Assembly (NCBI GenBank): GCA_049797655.1
Contig: JBARFX010000074.1
Location: 42,696-106,695 of the forward strand
DNA: 64,000 nt
Source of the DNA: Candidatus Acidiferrales bacterium
GTDB lineage: Bacteria > Acidobacteriota > Terriglobia > Acidiferrales > UBA7541
Direction: 5' to 3'
The notes under the pieces were generated by a model, which saw only the letters and a program-made list of their open reading frames with translations, was not told where the DNA came from and did no database searches. How positions within the stretch are numbered: the first letter of the stretch is position 1; each line of letters begins with the position of its first letter. The translations under genes and the position numbers were made by a program. Shown one piece after another: positions 45,170 to 54,000 of the stretch.

Positions 45170-46504
45170 TCAATTTTCAATTTTCCGCGTCACCGGATGC
45201 TCCACGGGCAACCGAGGTGAAAAGCTGAATTCCAGCTTCGCGTGCGCTGTCCTCAGCGCCTTCTCCACAAATGCAGCCGACTTTCCCCGTGCGAAAATAA
45301 ATCCCAGATAGCTCGCGCCTTCCGGCCAAGCCGCCACGTAATCCCTCAACCGCGCCGTAATCCGAATCTCCGTCACGCCCGCAGTTTGCTCTGCATCCTC
45401 GATCCCGTTGACGCCCTCAAGAATCCCGCTCCGCGGCACTGGGATCATCATTACGCCAGACGCTGCTTCCTCCCGTGCCGAGTCGCTCTCCGGAAGCCCC
45501 AGCGCATGACGCAATACAAGTTCCTCGAGCGAAATCAGCTCTGCTCCAAACCGCAGCGCCCGCGAACATAACCCGCCGATCGGCCGCGGTGCCACTTCGA
45601 GCACCCACGGTCCATCCTCATTCACACGAAACTCTGCATGAGCCGGGCCAGTCGTCAATCCGAGTGCCCCAATGGCCCGGGCAGCACATTCCGAGATCGC
45701 CGCCTGCACGTCAGCAGGCATGCGCGAAGGTGTCACGTAAATTGTCTCCTCGAAATACGGCCCCTCAAGCGGGTCGGGTTTGTCGAAAATCGCCAGCACT
45801 CGCAATCGTCCGCCGTCGATCAGCCCCTCCACCGCCACCTCGCGCCCCGGAACGTAAGTCTCGACCAAAAGACGGTCCAACCCCGGCTCGCGCAACACTC
45901 GAATTTCCGGAGAATCGAGTAGCATGCGAATTCGCCGCACCGCACCCGCAAATTCTTCCGCGTCGTTCGCCCGAATTACGCCCTGGCTAGCCGCCAGCGA
46001 CAACGGCTTCACCACGCACGGAAATTTCACGCGCGCAAGTACGCCGCTCAAATCATCCGACGGCGAAAACGCAAAAAAGTCCGGCACCCGAACCCCGGCC
46101 GCCCGCAATACCTCTCGTTGCCGAAGTTTACTCCGGCAAATCTCCGCCGCCTCTGGCGGATTCCCCGCGATCCCAAGCGCTTCGGCTGCATATGCCGCCG
46201 TCGGCGTCGGCCGGTCCCCCAGCGCGATTACAGCACCTACCGCATTCCCTCGATCCGCCTTCGTGCCCAGCGCCCGCACAATTTCCTCAGCCGCCTCCCG
46301 TGGCTTTTCAAAGTGCAGCGCCAACGCCTCATCCCCCCAGGGATTCTCCATCTGATGGCACCGGTCAGTTCCAAACACTACCGCCACTCCCAATTTGTCC
46401 GCCGCCTCCCCAAACCCCCGTGTCTGATACCCCATCTTGCTCGCCAGTATCAGCACTCGCTTTGTTTCGTTCTGTTCGACTTGCGCTGTTTTATCTGCCG
46501 TCAT
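45170..46504 (-). CDS. ATP-grasp domain protein (ligase of unknown specificity)
   Basis: VVKPLSLAASQGVIRA, LVETYVPGREVAVEG, and GPAHAEFRVNEDGPWVLEVAPRPIGG. It starts 35 nt downstream of the extended radical SAM ORF. Confidence 0.75.
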   Translation of the reverse strand: MTADKTAQVEQNETKRVLILASKMGYQTRGFGEAADKLGVAVVFGTDRCHQMENPWGDEALALHFEKPREAAEEIVRALGTKADRGNAVGAVIALGDRPTPTAAYAAEALGIAGNPPEAAEICRSKLRQREVLRAAGVRVPDFFAFSPSDDLSGVLARVKFPCVVKPLSLAASQGVIRANDAEEFAGAVRRIRMLLDSPEIRVLREPGLDRLLVETYVPGREVAVEGLIDGGRLRVLAIFDKPDPLEGPYFEETIYVTPSRMPADVQAAISECAARAIGALGLTTGPAHAEFRVNEDGPWVLEVAPRPIGGLCSRALRFGAELISLEELVLRHALGLPESDSAREEAASGVMMIPVPRSGILEGVNGIEDAEQTAGVTEIRITARLRDYVAAWPEGASYLGFIFARGKSAAFVEKALRTAHAKLEFSFSPRLPVEHPVTRKIEN

Positions 46505-46539
46505 CAGTGTTTATCTGCGGTCCCCGGGATTCTACACAC

Positions 46540-48015
46540 CTAAACAAAGGTGTCCGCCTGCTTCAACTTCTTCCTGGCCTCCGCGATGGGAACCAACTGG
46601 TCCCCGGTCGGTTCCGCTCAACAATACCAGGGCTCATTCAAGTACGGGATCGCTGCCCGCGCCACGAGTGCGGGTAGAGCGCTCCGCGTAATCCCTCCAC
46701 CTGCCGCCGCAAACGCCGCATCCTCCACTCGCTCGAAAATCCGCGCCCGCGCACGCCCCGTCTTCTCCCCCGAATGCACAATCCCCTGAATCTCCTCGCA
46801 CAACCGGTCCACGCGCGGATCCGCGTGCTTCCACGGATATACAAGCGCCGCTTCGTCAAAATCCCCCACGCCTCGCCGAATCTCCTCCAGCTCCAAAAGC
46901 CGCGACCCGGCTGGAATCAACAACCGGATCGCAAGCTGTATCGGCGCCACATTCTCAACCAGCTCCTGCTCCCGCAACACCGCGAGCAATTCGCAATATC
47001 CTTCCAGCGTAGTCCACGGCGTAAACGGAACAAAAGTGGGCTGCAGCGCGAGCCCTGCCTCTCGAAACAATTCCACGGCTCGCAAAAAGTCCGGCCGCGT
47101 ATGATTCTTCTCGAACTTTCCAAGCACCGCGTCATCCACGCTCTCGATCGCGCTTGTCACAAACAAGCACCCTGTCGCGCGCAACCTCGCAACGCAATCC
47201 GAATGCTTCAATAAATGCTCCACCTTGATCGTCACGTCGTACGTGAGCCGTGGAAATTCGCGGTGCAATTCTTCGACCAATGGCATCGCGTGCCCCACGC
47301 CATTAAAGAAATCCGGATCGCCAAACGTGATGTGCTCCGCGCCTGCCGCTACCTGCTGCCGAATATCCGCCAGCACCACCTCCCGCTCCACCACGCGAAA
47401 CGTCCCGTTGTAAACCGGCACAATCGGACAATGCCGGCACAAATGTTTGCACCCCCGGCTCGCCTCCGTGTACCCAACCGTCCGCTTTTCGCCGCCGGGC
47501 ATTACCAGCCGCGCATACTGTTCGAGCAGCACCATCCCGCTGCGGTCCGGCGTCAAAAATTTCTGTCGCGAAAGTGAAACCACCGGCTCTGCCTGCTTAT
47601 CGCCATCACCACTCGCGCCGCTCGCAGCGTTCGAATCCTTCGCCCCAATCCCGCCCAATCGCTCTGCAAGCGACCGCAGCCCTTCCTCGAATTCCCCGCC
47701 AAGAATCGTCCCCACTCCCAATTCGCGCAAATAAGCCTCATTCACCGGCGCATACAACCCGTAAAAACACACATGGGCCCGAGGGTTAAGTTCTCGAAGC
47801 GCAGGCACCAGCGCCGCGGCCAACCGTGTCGCCGTATGCATCGGCACGTAAAACGCAATCAAACCCGCCGCTCGCACCACATCTTCTGGCAAAGTCTCAC
47901 GCGACAGGTCGCAACACGTCACGGTGGCTCCGCCCGCTCTCAGCCACGCCGCCGGCGACGCCAACCCAAACGGCTGCCTCCCCAGCTCGTACGTTGAAAT
48001 CAGAACGACATTCAT
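46540..48015 (-). CDS. B12-binding-domain radical SAM protein, probable selenoprotein (in-frame UGA at 46620..46618 read as Sec; the track ORF stops there)
   Basis: ATG 48015 preceded by AAGGGG. N-terminal B12-binding-like domain [18 protein letters not shown].... Radical SAM cluster motif [13 protein letters not shown]. The 3' end reads ...[36 protein letters not shown], with a hairpin 2 nt after the UGA. Confidence in the radical SAM call is high. Confidence in the Sec extension is about 0.55. Confidence 0.8.
46589..46615 (-). promoter_or_regulatory. Candidate bacterial SECIS hairpin downstream of the in-frame UGA
   Basis: On the minus strand: UGA GC GGAACCGAC CGGGGACCA GUUGGUUCC. This gives a 9-bp stem (8 Watson-Crick pairs plus one G-U) and a 9-nt G-rich loop, starting 2 nt after the UGA. 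Confidence 0.5.
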
Positions 48016-48163
48016 CAATTGCCCCTTCGCGAAATTATCCCACGCTTTCGCCCCGCCTCGGCATACGCGTCTCTCATCGCTCGTCACCACTTTCCTACTC
48101 TACGGAACGGGCTACCCTTGCGGCATTTCACGCGGACGGACGTTCACACTCTGTTCGTCCCGG

Positions 48164-48192
48164 TTACCTTCCCCTTCCGCCTGCGCTACAAT
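48164..48192 (+). promoter_or_regulatory. Candidate sigma-70 promoter for acnA
   Basis: TTACCT, 17 nt, then TACAAT. The -10 element ends 35 nt upstream of the acnA ATG. Confidence 0.3.
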
Positions 48193-48226
48193 AACCTGTG
48201 ACGCATACAGGAGCCTTGATTCGCGC

Positions 48227-50908
48227 ATGAGCCCATCACCCAAGAATTCCTTCGGCACCCGCGCCGCCCTCAAAGTCGGCAGCGACTCCTTCGAAATCTA
48301 CCGCCTCGACGCCCTCGAGCGCTCCGGTACCGCTAAGCCATCTCGCTTGCCCTTCTCGCTCAAAGTCCTCCTCGAAAATCTTCTCCGTCACGAAGATGAT
48401 CGCTTCGTCCGCGCGGAAGACATCCGCGCCCTCGCCACTTGGGATCCCACCAGTGCGGCAGGCGCTTCCGAAAAAGAAATTTCCTTCATGCCCGCACGTG
48501 TCCTGCTCCAGGATTTTACGGGCGTTCCCGCTGTCGTTGATCTCGCCGCCATGCGCGACGCAATGCGCCATCTTGGCGGCGACCCCAAAAAAATCAATCC
48601 GTTGCTTCCGGCCGAGCTTGTCATCGACCATTCCGTGCAAGTAGATAAATCGGGCGCCGCAAACGCCTTTCTCTTCAACGCCGACCTCGAAATGAAACGC
48701 AATATCGAGCGCTACGCTTTCCTGCGCTGGGGCCAAAAAGGTTTTCAGAATTTCAAAGTTGTTCCGCCGGACACCGGCATATGCCACCAGGTGAATCTCG
48801 AGTATTTAGCTCGCGTCGTTTTCAAGAAACAGGAAAACGGCGTCTGGACTGCTTTCCCCGATTCGCTCGTCGGCACCGATTCGCACACCACAATGGTCAA
48901 CGGCCTCGGTGTTTTTGGCTGGGGCGTTGGCGGCATCGAAGCCGAAGCCGCGATGCTCGGCCAGCCTCTCTCGATGCTGATTCCCGCTGTCGTCGGTTTC
49001 AAACTCCACGGACGCCTTCCTGAAGGCGCCACCGCGACCGACCTCGTTCTCACTGTCACGGAAATTTTGCGTAAGAAAGGCGTCGTCGGAAAATTTGTCG
49101 AATTCTACGGCACAGGACTCTCGAGCCTCACTCTTCCCGACCGCGCCACTATCGCGAACATGGCGCCCGAATACGGCGCGACAATGGGTTTCTTCCCCGT
49201 TGATTCCGAAACGCTTTCCTATCTGCGTTTCACCAGCCGCAGCGAGGATCAAGTGCGCCTCGTCGAATCCTATACGAAAGAACAGGGACTCTTCCGCACC
49301 GACCAGACTCCCGATCCCATTTTCTCCGATCGCCTCGAGCTCGATCTCGCGACCGTCGTTCCTACGATGGCTGGACCAAAGCGCCCACAGGACAGCGTCC
49401 CGCTCACCCAGGCAAAAACCTCCTTCGAAAAATCGCTCGCTGGCGCCGCGCCCAAGCACGTCAGCGTGAAAAGCAACGGTGACAATTTCGAACTCGCCGA
49501 CGGCTCCGTCGTCATCGCTGCCATCACCAGCTGCACCAACACCTCGAATCCATCCCTTATGCTCGGCGCTGGACTGCTCGCGAAAAAAGCCGTCGAGCGC
49601 GGCCTCACTTCCAAGCCCTGGGTGAAAACCAGCTTCGCGCCCGGCTCGAAAGTCGTCACTGACTACATCGAAAAAGCCGGCCTCTGGCCTTATCTCGAAA
49701 CCCTGCGGTTCCATCTCGTCGGCTACGGCTGCACCACCTGTATAGGCAATAGCGGGCCGCTTCCCGATTCCATCGCCGCCGCGATCAAGGACAACAATCT
49801 CGTCGCTGTCTCCGTTCTCAGCGGCAATCGCAATTTCGAAGGTCGCATCAACGCTCTCTGCCGTGCGAACTATCTCGCGTCGCCTCCGCTCGTCGTCGCC
49901 TACGCCCTCGCCGGACGCATGGACATCGACATCGTCAACGAGTCGCTTGGCAACGACAAATCCGGCAAGCCCGTATACCTGCGCGACATATGGCCCACGC
50001 CGCAGGAAGTAGAAACCACGATGCGCGCATCGGTTACGAGCGAAATGTTCCGCAAAGAGTATGCCGACGTCTTCACCGGTGACGCACACTGGCGCGCCCT
50101 GCCAATTCCCGAAGGCGATCTCTACGCCTGGGATTCGAAATCCACCTACATCAAGAACCCGCCGTATTTCGAAGGCATGTCGAAAAACCCATCCGTGCTC
50201 GCCGATCTCCACGGCCTTCGCGCTCTCGCCGTTCTCGGCGATAGCGTCACCACCGATCACATCTCCCCCGCCGGCTCGATTCCCGCAGACACGCCGGCCG
50301 GGAAATATCTGATCGCGAACGGAGTGCAGCCGAAAGATTTCAATTCCTACGGAGCGCGCCGCGGCAATCATGAAGTGATGATGCGCGGCACTTTCGCCAA
50401 CATCCGCTTGAAGAACATGCTCGCGCCCGGCACCGAGGGTGGCTGGACGATTCACCAGCCCAGCGGTGAACAAATGAGCATCTACGACGCCGCCATGAAG
50501 TACCGCGACGAGCACGTTCCGCTGATCGTAGTCGCTGGAAAAGAATACGGCTCGGGCTCTTCGCGCGACTGGGCCGCCAAAGGAACGATTCTTCTCGGCG
50601 TCCGCGCCGTGCTCGCTGAAAGTTTCGAGCGCATCCATCGCTCGAACCTCGTAGGCATGGGCGTCCTCCCGCTTGAGTTCCTGCCGGGCGAAACTCCCAA
50701 GACGCTCGGCCTCACCGGCCTTGAAATCTTCGAGATTGGCGGCCTCGCCCACAATTTCGAGCCGCGCAAAACAATGAAAGTCCGCGCCCGCGACGCCGCC
50801 GGCAAGGAAAAACATTTCAACGCCGTCGCGCGCGTCGACACCCCGTTCGAAGTCGCCTATTACCAGCACGGCGGAATCCTGCAGTACGTCCTCCGCCAAA
50901 TGCTCTAG
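48227..50908 (+). CDS. acnA: Aconitate hydratase A
   Basis: [74 protein letters not shown], and SGNRNFEGR. The track ORF start at 47924 is a 5' artefact that overlaps the divergent gene. Confidence 0.95.
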   Translation: MSPSPKNSFGTRAALKVGSDSFEIYRLDALERSGTAKPSRLPFSLKVLLENLLRHEDDRFVRAEDIRALATWDPTSAAGASEKEISFMPARVLLQDFTGVPAVVDLAAMRDAMRHLGGDPKKINPLLPAELVIDHSVQVDKSGAANAFLFNADLEMKRNIERYAFLRWGQKGFQNFKVVPPDTGICHQVNLEYLARVVFKKQENGVWTAFPDSLVGTDSHTTMVNGLGVFGWGVGGIEAEAAMLGQPLSMLIPAVVGFKLHGRLPEGATATDLVLTVTEILRKKGVVGKFVEFYGTGLSSLTLPDRATIANMAPEYGATMGFFPVDSETLSYLRFTSRSEDQVRLVESYTKEQGLFRTDQTPDPIFSDRLELDLATVVPTMAGPKRPQDSVPLTQAKTSFEKSLAGAAPKHVSVKSNGDNFELADGSVVIAAITSCTNTSNPSLMLGAGLLAKKAVERGLTSKPWVKTSFAPGSKVVTDYIEKAGLWPYLETLRFHLVGYGCTTCIGNSGPLPDSIAAAIKDNNLVAVSVLSGNRNFEGRINALCRANYLASPPLVVAYALAGRMDIDIVNESLGNDKSGKPVYLRDIWPTPQEVETTMRASVTSEMFRKEYADVFTGDAHWRALPIPEGDLYAWDSKSTYIKNPPYFEGMSKNPSVLADLHGLRALAVLGDSVTTDHISPAGSIPADTPAGKYLIANGVQPKDFNSYGARRGNHEVMMRGTFANIRLKNMLAPGTEGGWTIHQPSGEQMSIYDAAMKYRDEHVPLIVVAGKEYGSGSSRDWAAKGTILLGVRAVLAESFERIHRSNLVGMGVLPLEFLPGETPKTLGLTGLEIFEIGGLAHNFEPRKTMKVRARDAAGKEKHFNAVARVDTPFEVAYYQHGGILQYVLRQML

Positions 50909-51029
50909 CGCGCCGGTCAGATCATGAAGTGGCCGCGAAAGCGCGGCGAAGAACCATCGGTTTATCTCATCCTTATTTTAATACTTGATTTAAACTATAA
51001 GCTTGTTGTAAACAATCCCCCGCACCAGA

Positions 51030-51046
51030 CCTATTGCTAGCATAGG
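51030..51046. promoter_or_regulatory. Near-perfect 17-nt palindrome overlapping the RBS of the S53 gene
   Basis: CCTAT-T-GCTAGC-ATAGG, followed by tgaaca then ATG. It sits at the end of an AT-rich upstream region. Confidence 0.3.
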
Positions 51047-51052
51047 TGAACA

Positions 51053-54000
51053 ATGAGGCCCCCAACCCCAGCCCAGAAGTGCAGTGGTGTCTTCCCGGTT
51101 TTTTGCAAGCCCGTCCGCCGCATCTCCTTGATTCTGCTACTCGTGGCCATGTGTCCCGTCTTCGCCTCGGCGCAGACGGTTCCGAAGCGAGCGCTCGTTA
51201 CGCAGCCCGTCGAGGACACAAAGCTGACGGTTCTCCGCGGCAACACGTATCCGCTGGCTCGCGCCGAGTTCGATCGCGGCGCGGCTCCGCCCAGTCTGCC
51301 GATGCAGCGCATGCTCCTTGTTCTGAAGCGTGCCCCTGAGCTAGAAACAGCGCTCGAAGCGCTGCTCGACCAGCAGCAGGACAAATCGTCTCCGAGCTAT
51401 CATGCGTGGCTCACACCTGAGCAATTCGGTCAGCAATTCGGCCCCGCCGATCAAGACATCCAGGCCGTCACATCGTGGCTCCAGCTACAGGGCTTCGAGA
51501 TCGCGCAAGTGTCGAACGGGCGCACGGTGATCGAGTTCTCCGGCACTGCGGCACAAGTGCAGCGCGCATTCCATACGGAAATTCATAAATTCTCTGTCAA
51601 CAACGAAGACCACTGGGCCAACGCCAGCGACCCGCAAATCCCGACGGCGCTCGTGCCTGCTGTCGCGGGAGTGCTTACGCTGCACAACTTTCCTCGGCAT
51701 GCGATGAATCACATGGTCGGTACGTTTAAGAGAACCAAAGGAACGAGCGCGTTAACTCCGGCGGGTCCGCTCTTTACGCTGCCGAATTTTTTTGGTCAAG
51801 ATACAGCTTATGGCGTGGGACCCTTCGATTTCGCAACCATCTACAATGTGTCGCCACTCTGGAATGCTACTCCGCGCGTCGTCGGCACAGGACAAACGAT
51901 CGCGATCGTCGGTGAAACGGATGTCGATTTCGTCGATTTGCAGAAGTTTCGAACGCTTTTCGGAATCACGTCGAATGATCCCGTGATGATCGTGGACGGT
52001 CCCGATCCGGGATTGCAGCCTGACGAGATCGAGTCGGATCTGGATTTGGAGTGGTCGAGCGCGGTGGCGCCAGGTGCGGCGATTAAGTTCGTAGTTGCCG
52101 CGACAACGGACACGACGCTGGGTGTGGATCTCGCCGCGCAATACATCGTGGACCACAATCTTGCACCCGTGGTCAGCGAGAGTTACGGAATCTGCGAGGC
52201 CGCGCTGGGAACCGCGGGCAATCAATTCTTCAATCTGCTCTGGCAGCAGGCGGCCGCGCAGGGGATGTCCGTCTTTCTTGCGAGCGGAGACAGCGGCTCG
52301 GCCGGCTGCGATCGTGACAATCCCGCTCAATTCGGTCTGCAGGTTAGCGGTTTCGCGTCGACACCGTACACCGTAGCTGTAGGCGGGACTGATTTCAACG
52401 ATCTTACCAATCCCACGAACTACTTCAATCCGACGAACGACGCGCATCAAGCCTCGGCCAAATCGTACATTCCGGAAATGACCTGGAACGACTCGTGCAC
52501 GAATGCCGAATTCTCGATGTTGACGGGAACTTCAAATGCAGAATCCAATTGCAACAATCCTGGGTTATCAGGTGCAGTTGCGGCAACGGGAGGCAGCGGG
52601 GGCAAGAGTTCGTGCACGACGGGGGATGGACAGGACATCGTTAGTTGCTCGGGCGGATATGTCAAGCCGATCTGGCAGACCGGTACCGGAGTACCGAATG
52701 ACGGGAAACGCGATATCCCCGACGTTTCGCTTTTCGCGAGCAATGGGTTTAATGGCAACTTCTACGTGATCTGCTCCAAGAACATTACGGGTTCCTACTG
52801 TGACAGCTCCGACCCGAATGGCACGGTTGTCGGCATCGGAGGCACGTCTGCTTCCGCTCCTGCGTTTGCGGGAATCATGGCGCTTATAGATCAGAAAACG
52901 AATTCGCGGCAGGGGAATCCGAACTACCTTCTGTACAAGCTGGCGGCACAGCAGCCGGCAAGCGGCTGTAATTCGAGCACGCCTCCAACGGGTACCTGTG
53001 TGTTCAACGACGTGACCAACGGCACGATTGCGATGCCGTGCTTTACGGGAAGCACGATCGATTGCCGTACGAATATCAACGGCGATCAATTCGGAGTGCT
53101 GACCGGCTATGCCACGGGAGTCGGGTACGATCGCGCGACCGGGCTGGGAACGGTGAACGCGGCGAATCTGGTAAGCGCGTGGGTTACGGCGGCTGGAGCC
53201 TCGAAAGGGAGCGCTACGACACTTTCGATCACACCGGCGCCGATGAACATCACGCATGGAGCGACTTCCAACGTAGTGATCTCGGTAGCTCCGGCTCCCG
53301 GCGGCACGGGAACACCGGGCGGAGAAGTATCGCTGGTGACGAGTACGGGAATGGGAGCGGGCAGCTTCCTTCTTACTGATGGGAGCGCGACGGGCAGCAT
53401 CGTTGACTTGCCCGGCGGCACGTACACCGTGACCGCGCACTATCCGGGGGATGCTACTTTCGGAGCAAGCGATTCGACGGCAGTTTCCGTGAAAGTGACG
53501 CCGGAAGCGAGCAAGGCGACGGTCGCGTATGAGCTTTTCGATCCCATCTCAGGGAATCTGACGAATCCGAACGCTACAACGGCGACGTTTGGCGTCTCTC
53601 CATCGTTGCTGCGGATCAACGTGACGAGCCAGGCGGGTGACGCCTGCGCGGGTAACACGCAGGGCACCACGGGATGTCCGACGGGAACTGTGACTCTGAC
53701 AGACAACACGAAACCGCTGGACGGCGGGACGTTTGCGCTCAACAGCAACGGGTACGCGGAAGATCAACTAATCGATCTTCCCGGCGGCGTGCACAATCTA
53801 AAGGTTATATACCCTGGCGACAATAGTTACAGCGCCCCCACTCCAGCCACCGACGTGATAACGATCACTCCGGCGGCTACGACCCTCAGCGGCGATAATA
53901 GTCAAGTCACATTCTCAGGCGCAGAAACCCTACTAGGTGCAGCCATAACTGCCCAAAATATCTATTCAGATATCGTTCCGACGGGTACAGTAACAATGTC

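Noticed and set aside
45165-45185. Tandem GAAAATT GAAAATT at the 3' end of the ATP-grasp gene
   Set aside because: It is only two copies of a 7-mer spanning the last codons and the stop. It is most likely chance.
46505-46617. Considered as an intergenic spacer that might hide a small RiPP-precursor ORF between the radical SAM and ATP-grasp genes
   Set aside because: No independent start codon or RBS is present. The region is better explained as the in-frame continuation of the radical SAM ORF past a UGA (see findings).
47924-48226. 5' extension of the acnA ORF (101 extra codons)
   Set aside because: It overlaps the divergent radical SAM gene start and the intergenic promoter region. Aconitase homology begins at [10 protein letters not shown] (ATG 48227).
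48806-50899. 697-aa ORF on the minus strand
   Set aside because: It is entirely antisense to acnA, which has unmistakable aconitase motifs. Its translation is Arg/Gly/Ala-rich and low in complexity, typical of shadow ORFs in GC-rich DNA.
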